A stretch of DNA of 64,000 bases from a candidate division TA06 bacterium 32_111. Lineage in GTDB: Bacteria > Hydrothermota > 32-111. Within the stretch, counting starts at the first letter, position 1. Each line of letters starts with the position of its first letter. Where the stretch lies: NCBI GenBank assembly GCA_001508335.1, contig LGFX01000004.1, positions 1,646 through 65,645 of the forward strand, written 5' to 3'. The position numbers were made by a program, and so were the translations under genes. This document shows, one piece after another, positions 8,606-17,454 of the stretch. A model generated the notes under the pieces. It was not told the origin of the DNA. It did not search any database and worked only from the letters and a program-made list of their open reading frames with translations.

Positions 8606-9100
8606 ATGAAACTTAAAAAAGAGGAGTTGCTTGAGCAACTTAAGGAGGAGATAAAAAAACATCCAAAAGGACAAAAGGACCTTATAGAAGTTTTACATAA
8701 AACTCAAGAACTTTTTGGATATATTCCTCAGGAAGCGATAAGTTTAATTTCCAAAGAATTGGGTGTATATAGAAGTGTTATTTATGGAGTTATTACCTTT
8801 TACCACTTTTTTACACTCCAACCACCAAGTAAATACAACGTCAAGGTTTGTCTTGGAACAGCGTGCTATGTTAAAGGAGCTGATAAAATTTTGAACACCT
8901 TGAAGAGGGAATTAAATGTTGAACTTGAACAGACAACTGAGGATGGTCTTTTTAAAATCCAGGGAGCAAGATGCCTTGGAGCATGTGGTTTAGCACCAGT
9001 TATGATGGTCGATGAAGAGGTTTACGGTAAATTGACTGAAGATAAGGTTATCCAGATAATAAACGAGTATAGGGAAAAAGCGAGTGAAGAAGTTAAATGA
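8606..9100 (+). CDS. NuoE-like [2Fe-2S] subunit (HydC-type), copy 1
   Basis: CLGTACYVKGA...CLGACGLAPVMMVDEEVYG, the four-Cys thioredoxin-like 2Fe-2S pattern of NuoE/HydC. Confidence 0.8.
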   Translation: MKLKKEELLEQLKEEIKKHPKGQKDLIEVLHKTQELFGYIPQEAISLISKELGVYRSVIYGVITFYHFFTLQPPSKYNVKVCLGTACYVKGADKILNTLKRELNVELEQTTEDGLFKIQGARCLGACGLAPVMMVDEEVYGKLTEDKVIQIINEYREKASEEVK

Positions 9101-9651
9101 GAGATATCTCACTTCATATATTGGATATTGCGGAAAACAGCATAAGAGCGAAAGCGAAACTTGTACAGATAAAACTTTACGAGGATAAGGACCAGATGAG
9201 ATTCGAGATAATCGATGATGGTGTTGGAATGGACGGTGAACTGTTAAAGATGGTTCTTGACCCTTTCTTTACAACAAAAGATGAGAGAAAGAAAAAGTTC
9301 GGGCTTGGGCTTCCACTTCTAAAACAGAATGTAGAACAGAGCGATGGAAAGTTCAAGATAGAGTCAAAAAAGGGTGAAGGGACAAAAATCTTTTTCTCAA
9401 TAAACAAAAACCATATCGATGCTTTACCTTTGGGTAACCTTGAAGAAACTCTTTGGATTTTGATGACAGTTTATGAGGGAGTTGATATTCTTTTCACCTA
9501 CGAAAAGAATGGAAAGACTTTGAAGATAGATAGCAGGGAATTGAAGGAAGTATTTAAAGGTTTAAACCTGAGTGATGCTCAGGTTACAGGTTATGTTAAA
9601 CAGTTCATTAAAGAAAATCTTAATTCAATAAAAAATCAGGAGGCATTATGA
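9097..9651 (+). CDS. Stand-alone HATPase_c (histidine-kinase-like ATPase) protein
   Basis: Contains HILDIAENSIRA (N box), IDDGVGM (G1) and FGLGLPLL (G2). It has no DHp or sensor domain. Confidence 0.65.
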   Translation: MRDISLHILDIAENSIRAKAKLVQIKLYEDKDQMRFEIIDDGVGMDGELLKMVLDPFFTTKDERKKKFGLGLPLLKQNVEQSDGKFKIESKKGEGTKIFFSINKNHIDALPLGNLEETLWILMTVYEGVDILFTYEKNGKTLKIDSRELKEVFKGLNLSDAQVTGYVKQFIKENLNSIKNQEAL

Positions 9652-10007
9652 AACTTGAAGATCTAAAAAAGATAAGGGAAAAGATGGAAAAAGAAACAAA
9701 TTTAAGAGAAGGAAAAGGAAGAATAAAGGCTGTTGTTGGAATGGGAACATGTGGTATAGCTGCCGGTGCAAGGGAAGTTTTATCAGCTCTTCTTGACGAA
9801 ATATCAAAGAGAAACATTACGGATATAATAATTACACAATCAGGTTGTAGAGGACTCTGTGATAGAGAGCCTATAGTTGACATTTACGAGGAAGGAAAAG
9901 AGATGATTACTTACGGTAACCTTACACCTGAAAAAGCAAGAAGGATTGTGGCGGAACATTTTGTTAATGGAAACATAGTAAAAGATTTGTTAGTATCTTC
10001 AAAATAA
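9648..10007 (+). CDS. Thioredoxin-like [2Fe-2S] ferredoxin
   Basis: GMGTCGIAAGA...QSGCRGLCDREPIV, a four-Cys pattern. Confidence 0.7.
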   Translation: MKLEDLKKIREKMEKETNLREGKGRIKAVVGMGTCGIAAGAREVLSALLDEISKRNITDIIITQSGCRGLCDREPIVDIYEEGKEMITYGNLTPEKARRIVAEHFVNGNIVKDLLVSSK

Positions 10008-10017
10008 TGGAGGAAGG

Positions 10018-11640
10018 ATGGCTAAAATATATAACCTTCTTCTATGTGCTGGAGCATCCTGTATTTCAAGTGGGGGTTATTCTTTCAGAGATAAACTTGT
10101 TGAGGAATTGAAAAAGCATAACATCGAAAACATGGTCAATATAGTTGAAACAGGTTGTGTTGGAATCTGTGAACTTGGACCTGTTGTTATAGTTTATCCT
10201 GATGGAGTTTTCTACAAAAAGTTGAAACCAGAGGATGCGAAAGATATAGTTGAAGAGCATTTATTGAAAGGCAGAGTAGTCGGGAGATTGCTTTATAAAG
10301 AAAAGGATTCTGAAAAGATTGTTCAACAGGCATCCCAGATACCATTTTTCCAGAAACAGTTAAAAATAGTTTTAAGAAACTGTGGAATCATAAACCCTGA
10401 ATCTTTGGAAGAGTACATAGGAAAAGATGGGTATAGTGCACTTGCAAAAGTTTTGACAGAGATGAAACCGGAGGATGTGATAAAAGAGATAAAGGATTCA
10501 GGTTTGAGAGGAAGAGGAGGAGCAGGTTTCCCAACAGGTTTGAAATGGGAACTTGTTAGAAACTCAAAGGGTGGTGAAAAGTATGTTATCTGTAACGCTG
10601 ATGAGGGAGATCCAGGTGCATTTATGGATAGATCTGTCCTTGAGGGAGATCCATTTTCGGTTATAGAAGCGATGACTATCGCAGGTTATGCAGTTGGAGC
10701 CAAACAGGGATATATTTATGTTAGAGCAGAGTATCCACTCGCAATAAAAAGGTTGAGAAGTGCTATAAAAAAAGCATACGAAGAGAATCTACTTGGCAAA
10801 AATATTTTTGGACAGAATTTTGATTTTGATCTTGAAATAAGGGTAGGTGCTGGAGCTTTTGTTTGTGGAGAGGAAACCGCTTTGATGCACTCGGTTGAAG
10901 GACAAAGGGGAACACCATCTCCAAAACCACCATTCCCGGCAGATAGAGGGCTTTTTGGGAAACCAACTCTTATAAACAATGTTGAAACTTACGCTAATGT
11001 TTGTCAGATAATATTAAAGGGAAGCAAATGGTTCTCATCTATAGGAACCGAAAAGAGTAAAGGAACGAAAGTCTTTGCTCTCGCAGGTGCAATTAACAAC
11101 ACTGGTCTTGTTGAAGTCCCTATGGGAACAACCTTAAAAGAGATGGTCTATGAAATTGGTGGTGGACTTCCAAATGACAAAAAGTTCAAGGCTGCCCAAA
11201 TAGGTGGACCTTCTGGAGGTTGTATCCCTGAAGAGTATATAGATACTCCTCTTGATTATGAGAGTGTGAAAAAACTTGGAACGATAATAGGTTCAGGTGG
11301 ACTCATTGTTATGAGTGAAGATACATGTATGGTTGATCTTGCAAAATATTTTCTTGAGTTCACACAGGATGAGTCATGTGGAAAATGCCCTTCATGCAGA
11401 ATAGGAACAAAAAAGATGCTTGAAATACTGAATAGAATTTCTAAAGGAAGAGCAAAGGTTGAAGAACTCGATCTTTTGATACATCTCGGAGAACAGATAT
11501 CTAAAACCGCCCTATGTGGACTTGGGCAGACAGCTCCAAATCCTGTTCTTTCAACTTTAAAGTATTTTAAAGATGAGTATCTTGAACATATAAATGAGAA
11601 AAAATGTAGAGCTGGTGTTTGCTTTAAAAAGAAAAAATAA
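10018..11640 (+). CDS. NuoF-like NAD(P)H/FMN-binding subunit (HydB-type), copy 1, with an N-terminal 2Fe-2S domain
   Basis: Contains GLRGRGGAGFPTGLKW (FMN/NADH site), CNADEGDPGAF and ESCGKCPSCRIGT...ALCGLGQTAP (N3 4Fe-4S). The N-terminal CAGASC...GCVGIC cysteines are present. Confidence 0.85.
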   Translation: MAKIYNLLLCAGASCISSGGYSFRDKLVEELKKHNIENMVNIVETGCVGICELGPVVIVYPDGVFYKKLKPEDAKDIVEEHLLKGRVVGRLLYKEKDSEKIVQQASQIPFFQKQLKIVLRNCGIINPESLEEYIGKDGYSALAKVLTEMKPEDVIKEIKDSGLRGRGGAGFPTGLKWELVRNSKGGEKYVICNADEGDPGAFMDRSVLEGDPFSVIEAMTIAGYAVGAKQGYIYVRAEYPLAIKRLRSAIKKAYEENLLGKNIFGQNFDFDLEIRVGAGAFVCGEETALMHSVEGQRGTPSPKPPFPADRGLFGKPTLINNVETYANVCQIILKGSKWFSSIGTEKSKGTKVFALAGAINNTGLVEVPMGTTLKEMVYEIGGGLPNDKKFKAAQIGGPSGGCIPEEYIDTPLDYESVKKLGTIIGSGGLIVMSEDTCMVDLAKYFLEFTQDESCGKCPSCRIGTKKMLEILNRISKGRAKVEELDLLIHLGEQISKTALCGLGQTAPNPVLSTLKYFKDEYLEHINEKKCRAGVCFKKKK

Positions 11641-11653
11641 ATTTGGAGGATTT

Positions 11654-12118
11654 ATGAACAGGGAAGAGATACTAAAAAAGTATGAACCAACAAGAGAAAA
11701 CCTCCTTTACATACTTCACGACATTCAGGATTCAAAAAATGAGAAATACCTTTCCGAGGAGGATCTTGTTGCAGTTTCAAGATATCTAAAAATAAGTAGA
11801 TCTGAGGTTGTGGGAGTTGCGACTTTTTACACGATGTTTTCAGTTAAAAAACGTGGACAACACATAATCAGGGTTTGCGTTTCGCCACCATGTCAATTGA
11901 TGGGAGGTAATACAATTTTTAATTATCTTAGAAAAACTCTTGGAGTTAAAGAGGGAGAGACTACTTCAGATAATATGTTCACACTCGAAAGTTCCTCCTG
12001 TTTAGGTGTTTGTGCAGTTGCCCCTGCTATGATGATTGATGATCAGATGTTCGGTAACCTGACACCTGAAAAAATTGATGAAATAATAACAAGATACAGG
12101 GAGAAGAAAAATGGCTAA
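11654..12118 (+). CDS. NuoE-like [2Fe-2S] subunit, copy 2
   Basis: Contains VCVSPPCQLMGG...CLGVCAVAPAMMIDDQMFG. I prefer the ATG at 11654 (RBS GGAGGA 4 nt upstream) to the track start at 11594, which overlaps the previous gene. Confidence 0.8.
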   Translation: MNREEILKKYEPTRENLLYILHDIQDSKNEKYLSEEDLVAVSRYLKISRSEVVGVATFYTMFSVKKRGQHIIRVCVSPPCQLMGGNTIFNYLRKTLGVKEGETTSDNMFTLESSSCLGVCAVAPAMMIDDQMFGNLTPEKIDEIITRYREKKNG

Positions 12119-13685
12119 AATATTTAGAAGTCATATTTTGGTTTCGATTGATCCAGAAACTCTCCTTGCAGGTGCTAAAGGTATTTTTGAGAAGTTAAAA
12201 AAGGAGATAGAGAATGCTGGACTTTCAGATGAAATAATGGTTGCTCAAACTGGTAATCTTGGAATCTCTGGAAAGGGAGTTGTTCTTGTTGTTTATCCAG
12301 AAGGTGTTTACTATGTAAATGTGAAAAGTGAGGATGTTGAAAGAATAGTGAAAGAACACCTTTTGAAAGGAAGGATAGTAAAAGACCTCCTTTTCACAGG
12401 TGAAGTGATCAAAGGTGAAACTGTTACACTTGAAAGACCAAAAGAGGAGAGGATCGTTTTAAAAGGGTCAGGGGAAATAGATCCTGAAAATATTGAAGAG
12501 TACATTGGAATAGGTGGATTCGAAGCACTTGGTAAAGTTCTTTTTGAAATGAAACCCGAGGATGTAGTTAAGGAAGTGAAAGATTCAGGTTTGAGAGGAA
12601 GAGGTGGCGCTGGATTTCCAACTGGACTTAAATGGTCTTTCACAGCACCTTTGAAAGGTGAAAAATATATAATCTGTAACGCTGACGAAGGTGAACCTGG
12701 AACATTCAAAGATAGGTTGATAATGGAAGGTGTTCCATACAGATTGATAGAAGGAATGACTATCGCAGGTTATGCCGTTGGTGCTACAAAAGGGTTCATC
12801 TATATAAGAGGTGAGTATGACCTTTCGATAAAAATGGTTGAGAATGCAATAAAGAAATGCAAAGAGTATAACCTTCTTGGGAAAAATATTCTTGAGTCGA
12901 ATTTCTCTTTCGATATAGAGGTTAGAAAAGGTGCAGGTGCCTATGTTTGTGGAGAGGAAACAGCCCTGATCGAATCTATGGAAGGAAAGAGAGGAAATCC
13001 GAGAAACAAACCACCATTCCCGGGAGTAAAAGGTTTCAGACAGAATCCATCTGTTGTTAACAATGTCGAAACATTAACTAATGTTCCAGAGATATGCAGA
13101 AATGGAAGTAAGTGGTATAGAAGTTTTGGAACGGAAAAATGTCCGGGGACGAAAGTTTACACTCTTATGGGTGATATACTTTATCCAGGACTTATAGAGG
13201 TTCCAATGGGAACAACATTGAAGGATATTATTTTTAAATATGGTGGTGGTCTGAAAGAAGGAAAAAAGTTTAAAGCTGCTTTAATAGGTGGTGCCGCTGG
13301 AGCATTCATCTCCGAAGAGGGATTCGATGTTAAGATGGATTTTGATTCACTCGGAGAGTATGCGGCAGTTTTAGGTTCAGGTGCAATACTTGTTCTTTCA
13401 GAGGATAGAAACGCCGTTGAAACTTTGGATTCCATTCTTCAATTCTTCAAACATGAATCCTGTGGAAAATGTTCTCCTTGCAGAATTGGAACAAAGCAGT
13501 TGGCTATGAATTCAAAAAATATTTTGAAGGGAAGAGCAACTATTGAAGATTGGGAAAGGATGAAAGAGTTATCATACATAATGAAGTTGACATCTTTCTG
13601 TCCACTTGGACAATCACCTTATATACCTATTAACAGTTTTTCAAAATATCTTGAAGATGAAGTAAAAAAAATGTTAAATAAATAA
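12111..13685 (+). CDS. NuoF-like subunit, copy 2 (the N-terminal domain lacks the 2Fe-2S cysteines)
   Basis: Contains GLRGRGGAGFPTGLKW, CNADEGEPGTF and ESCGKCSPCRIGT...SFCPLGQSP. The N-terminal 90 aa align with copy 1 but have no Cys. Confidence 0.85.
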   Translation: MAKIFRSHILVSIDPETLLAGAKGIFEKLKKEIENAGLSDEIMVAQTGNLGISGKGVVLVVYPEGVYYVNVKSEDVERIVKEHLLKGRIVKDLLFTGEVIKGETVTLERPKEERIVLKGSGEIDPENIEEYIGIGGFEALGKVLFEMKPEDVVKEVKDSGLRGRGGAGFPTGLKWSFTAPLKGEKYIICNADEGEPGTFKDRLIMEGVPYRLIEGMTIAGYAVGATKGFIYIRGEYDLSIKMVENAIKKCKEYNLLGKNILESNFSFDIEVRKGAGAYVCGEETALIESMEGKRGNPRNKPPFPGVKGFRQNPSVVNNVETLTNVPEICRNGSKWYRSFGTEKCPGTKVYTLMGDILYPGLIEVPMGTTLKDIIFKYGGGLKEGKKFKAALIGGAAGAFISEEGFDVKMDFDSLGEYAAVLGSGAILVLSEDRNAVETLDSILQFFKHESCGKCSPCRIGTKQLAMNSKNILKGRATIEDWERMKELSYIMKLTSFCPLGQSPYIPINSFSKYLEDEVKKMLNK

Positions 13686-13695
13686 GGAGATAACA

Positions 13696-15480
13696 ATGAT
13701 TAAAGAATTAACAGTTTACATTGATGGTATCGAGGTTAAGGTTCCAGAAGGAACAACTATCCTTGATGCTGCAAAAAAGGTCAATGTTGATATCCCAACC
13801 CTTTGCTATTACAAAGATCTAACACCAACCGGAAACTGTGGTATCTGCGTTGTAGAAGTTGAAAATACTCCAACTTTGAAAAGATCTTGTTGCACACCTG
13901 TTGCAGACAAAATGAAGATCAAAACGAACACAAAACAGGTTATAGATGCAAGAAAGACTGTTCTTGAACTTATTCTTTCAAATCATCCGAATGATTGTCT
14001 CGAGTGTTTCAAAAATCAAAATTGTGAACTTCAAGAAATGGCTGAAAAACTCGGTGTTTATGAACTACCATTCAAAAGGTTTGACAGGGATATGCCTATT
14101 GATGACAAAGGGGTAATAATAAGGGATCCAAACAAATGTATACTTTGTGGAAGATGTATTCAGGTTTGTCAGGAGATTCAAACAGTTTTCGCAATAGATT
14201 TTATCAACAGAGGATATGAAACGAAGATGGCTCCATTTATGGATATGCCACTTTCAGATAGCGTTTGCACGAACTGTGGACAGTGCGTTGTTGTTTGTCC
14301 TGTTGGTGCTCTATATGAGAAGAGTAACATTGACGATGTATGGGCTGCTATAAATGATCCGACAAAACATGTTGTTGTTCAAGAGGCGCCAGCTGTAAGA
14401 GTTGCTATTGGTGAAGAGTTTGGCTTCAAAGAGGGTGAAGTTACAGCCGGAAAGATGCATGCTGTTTTAAGGAGAATGGGGTTTGACAGAGTTTTTGATA
14501 CAAACTTTACAGCTGATCTAACTATTATGGAAGAGGGAACAGAGGTTGTTCATAAAATTTTCAAAGCGTTTGAAACTGGAGAATTCGGAAAGAATCTTCC
14601 TGTCATAACATCATGTTCACCTGGATGGATCAAGTTTATGGAAACCTTCTTTGCAGATATTAGAGAACACATTTCTACAGCAAAATCACCACAGCAGATG
14701 TTTGGAGCACTTTCAAAAACCTATTATGCAAAGATGGGAAATATTGATCCAAAGAATATAGTTTCAGTTTCAATAATGCCATGCACAGCGAAAAAATATG
14801 AAGCTGCAAGACCTGAGATGAACGCAAGCGGATATAGAGATGTTGATTATGTTTTGACAACAAGAGAATTTGCAAAGATGATAAGACAATCTGGAATAGA
14901 TTTTAAAAACCTACCAGATGAACCTGCAGATGAATTGATGGGATTCTATACTGGTGCTGGAACTATATTTGGAGCTACAGGTGGAGTTATGGAAGCAGCA
15001 ATAAGAACAGCCTATTTTGTTCTTTCAGGTGAAGAGATGAAAGATTACGATATTAAGATAGTTAGAGGAATGGAAGGAATAAAAGAGGGAGTTCTTGAAG
15101 TTCCAGTGAAAAAACTTGGAAAGAAAGTTGCCCTTAAAGTCGCTGTTGCACATGGTCTTGGAAATGCAAGAAAACTTCTAACAAAAGTTGCACAGCAGTT
15201 GAAAGAAAAGGGTGAATCCGAGTATCATTTCATAGAGATTATGGCTTGTCCTGGTGGATGTGTCGGAGGAGGTGGACAACCATATGCTTGTGAATATGCA
15301 GCGAGAGCAAGAAGAGCGGAAGGACTTTATAAAGAGGATAAAGAGATGCTTCAGTTCAGAGCATCACATCAGAACCCAATGGTTCAAAAAGCCTACAAAG
15401 AGTTTCTCAAAGAGCCATACTCCGAAATATCTCACAAGTTACTACATACAAAATACGTTGATAGATCCGATCTTGTTTGA
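13696..15480 (+). CDS. hydA: [FeFe]-hydrogenase catalytic subunit HydA (multimeric, NuoEF-coupled type)
   Basis: N-terminal 2Fe-2S ferredoxin fold (CYYKDLTPTGNCGICVVEV) and 2x[4Fe-4S] motifs (CILCGRCIQVC, CTNCGQCVVVCP). H-cluster motifs are TSCSPGW, MPCTAKKYE and EIMACPGGCVGGGGQP. Confidence 0.9.
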   Translation: MIKELTVYIDGIEVKVPEGTTILDAAKKVNVDIPTLCYYKDLTPTGNCGICVVEVENTPTLKRSCCTPVADKMKIKTNTKQVIDARKTVLELILSNHPNDCLECFKNQNCELQEMAEKLGVYELPFKRFDRDMPIDDKGVIIRDPNKCILCGRCIQVCQEIQTVFAIDFINRGYETKMAPFMDMPLSDSVCTNCGQCVVVCPVGALYEKSNIDDVWAAINDPTKHVVVQEAPAVRVAIGEEFGFKEGEVTAGKMHAVLRRMGFDRVFDTNFTADLTIMEEGTEVVHKIFKAFETGEFGKNLPVITSCSPGWIKFMETFFADIREHISTAKSPQQMFGALSKTYYAKMGNIDPKNIVSVSIMPCTAKKYEAARPEMNASGYRDVDYVLTTREFAKMIRQSGIDFKNLPDEPADELMGFYTGAGTIFGATGGVMEAAIRTAYFVLSGEEMKDYDIKIVRGMEGIKEGVLEVPVKKLGKKVALKVAVAHGLGNARKLLTKVAQQLKEKGESEYHFIEIMACPGGCVGGGGQPYACEYAARARRAEGLYKEDKEMLQFRASHQNPMVQKAYKEFLKEPYSEISHKLLHTKYVDRSDLV

Positions 15481-15501
15481 TTTGTTTTTTAAAAAATAAA
15501 A

Positions 15502-15530
15502 GGGACGGTTTTAAAACCGTCCCTTTTTTA
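15502..15530 (+). terminator. Intrinsic terminator after hydA
   Basis: GGGACGGTTTTAAAACCGTCCC hairpin followed by TTTTTT. Confidence 0.8.
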
Positions 15531-15611
15531 TTCTTTTATGACATTAAAGTTTTTTGATTAGATTGAAAAATAACTTTTTTGTTTTATAATGTATAAAAAA
15601 GAAGGGCAAAA

Positions 15612-16736
15612 GTGGAAAAACTTTTTATAGGATTCACATCAACCAACATACAATCCATCATAATGATTTTTGTTGGGCTTCTACTTGTATATCTTGCAAT
15701 TAAAAAAGAGTATGAACCACTTTTACTTTTACCGATAGGTTTTGGAACTATACTTGTTAATCTCCCTCTGTCGGTAGTTTTGGATTATGAGGGAACTCCC
15801 GGTTTTTTAAAAATACTCTTTGACGCTGGAATAGCAACAGAACTTTTTCCAATACTCATTTTCATCGCTGTTGGTGCTATGTGTGATTTTACTCCGATGT
15901 TTACTCAACCTTTGATGATGTTTTTTGGTGCCGCTGCCCAATTTGGAATATTCGCTACGATAATTTTTGCTACGATACTTGGTTTTGATTTTAAAGTAGC
16001 TTCCGCTATCGGAATAATAGGTGCTGCTGATGGACCAACCGCGATTTATGTTGCGGCAAAATTCGCAAAAAGTTATCTGGGACCAATATCTGTTGCTGCT
16101 TACTCCTATATGTCTCTTGTTCCTTTGATACAACCTATAGTTATAAAGTCTATGACAACGAAAGAAGAAAGAAGGATAAGGATGAAAAAGGGTGGAAAAA
16201 ATGTCCCAAAATCTTTGAAAATACTATTCCCTATAATGGTAACTCTTATATCTGGATTTATAGCACCAATGAGTGTACCTTTGATAGGTGCCCTTATGCT
16301 TGGAAATCTTTTAAGAGAATCAGGTGTTGTTGAAAAACTTTCAAAGAGTGCCCAAAATGAACTGGCAGCTGTTACAACTTTACTTCTTGGAATAGCCATA
16401 GGTTCAACGATGCAGGCAGAAAAGTTTTTGACATTTGATACAATAAAAATTTTGTTACTTGGACTTTTTGCTTTTGTTTTTGATACAATAGGTGGGATAC
16501 TTTTTGCAAAATTTTTGAATCTTTTTTTGAAGGACAAGATAAACCCGATGGTAGGTGCTGCCGGAATTTCAGCATTCCCTATGAGTGCAAGGGTTGTTCA
16601 TAAACTCGCTCAAGATGATGATCCCAACAATTACATACTTATGGAAGCTGTTAGTGCCAACCTATCAGGTCAGATAGGTTCTGTTATAGCTGGTGGACTG
16701 GTTCTTGCATTTGTCCCAATTTTACTGGGTCTTTAA
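15612..16736 (+). CDS. Na+-translocating decarboxylase beta subunit (OadB/GcdB/MmdB family)
   Basis: A polytopic membrane protein with the family-typical stretches GAADGPTAIY and SYMSLVPLIQP. It has a GTG start. Confidence 0.8.
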   Translation: MEKLFIGFTSTNIQSIIMIFVGLLLVYLAIKKEYEPLLLLPIGFGTILVNLPLSVVLDYEGTPGFLKILFDAGIATELFPILIFIAVGAMCDFTPMFTQPLMMFFGAAAQFGIFATIIFATILGFDFKVASAIGIIGAADGPTAIYVAAKFAKSYLGPISVAAYSYMSLVPLIQPIVIKSMTTKEERRIRMKKGGKNVPKSLKILFPIMVTLISGFIAPMSVPLIGALMLGNLLRESGVVEKLSKSAQNELAAVTTLLLGIAIGSTMQAEKFLTFDTIKILLLGLFAFVFDTIGGILFAKFLNLFLKDKINPMVGAAGISAFPMSARVVHKLAQDDDPNNYILMEAVSANLSGQIGSVIAGGLVLAFVPILLGL

Positions 16737-16747
16737 ATGGAGTTTTT

Positions 16748-16897
16748 ATGGATAATCTTTTGAATTTGATCAAAGAGAGCAACGACATTACAAAAAGTTT
16801 ATTTTTGATGGCTTTATGCATTCCAATAACTTTTTTGATTCAATGTTTGTTCTTTTTTATGATAAAAGTTTGGAAATATTTTAGCAAAGGTTCTTAA
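16748..16897 (+). CDS. Small hydrophobic protein (49 aa), possibly a decarboxylase accessory subunit
   Basis: My own translation gives MDNLLNLIKESNDITKSLFLMALCIPITFLIQCLFFFMIKVWKYFSKGS, with one TM helix. It starts 11 nt after the oadB-like stop. It is below the ORF-track size cutoff. Confidence 0.35.
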   Translation: MDNLLNLIKESNDITKSLFLMALCIPITFLIQCLFFFMIKVWKYFSKGS

Positions 16898-16909
16898 AAG
16901 AAAAATTGT

Positions 16910-17311
16910 TTAAATAATTTGAACGATTATTTTTCTATTTCTTCTTGGACCATCAAATTCACAAAACATAATTGATTGCCATCTTCCTATAACAAGGTTT
17001 CCATCTTTGAGGGGAAGAGTAATACTTGATCCAACTATGCTACTTTTAATATGTGCTGCTCCGTTACCATCAATCCTATCATGTAAATAACCGCCATGTT
17101 TTGGAACAATCTTTTCAAGTGCTTTGAGAAAATCTGTCTTTATGTTTGGATCAGCACTCTCGTTTAAAATTATGCCGGCAGTTGCATGTGGAACATATAT
17201 GTGAACTATACCATCTTTTTTTCCCGCTTTGTTAACTATATCCTCAACTTGGTCGGTTAAATCTATTATCTCTTGTTCATTATGAGTATCAATAAAAAAT
17301 TCAGTGTACAT
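16910..17311 (-). CDS. yjbQ: YjbQ/UPF0047 family protein (secondary thiamine-phosphate synthase-like)
   Basis: A 133-aa protein. It contains VHIYVPHATAGIILNESADPN...GNGAAHIKSSIVGSS, typical of the YjbQ family. Confidence 0.8.
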   Translation of the reverse strand: MYTEFFIDTHNEQEIIDLTDQVEDIVNKAGKKDGIVHIYVPHATAGIILNESADPNIKTDFLKALEKIVPKHGGYLHDRIDGNGAAHIKSSIVGSSITLPLKDGNLVIGRWQSIMFCEFDGPRRNRKIIVQII

Positions 17312-17454
17312 AAAAATATTTTAAAATAGTTTAGTAAAAAAATCAATAGATCAATCTACCAATTTTGCGATTTCATATAAAAAATAATTGGTTAAATGAA
17401 AAAATTACTTTTGAAATTTTTATACTAAGTATCGAATTTAAAACAGTTAAACGG

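Noticed and set aside
11594-11653. The 20-codon N-terminal extension of the second NuoE-like ORF in the track (MRKNVELVFALKRKNKFGGF).
   Set aside because: It overlaps the 3' end of the preceding nuoF-like gene in another frame. An ATG with a GGAGGA RBS at 11654 gives a normal NuoE N-terminus.
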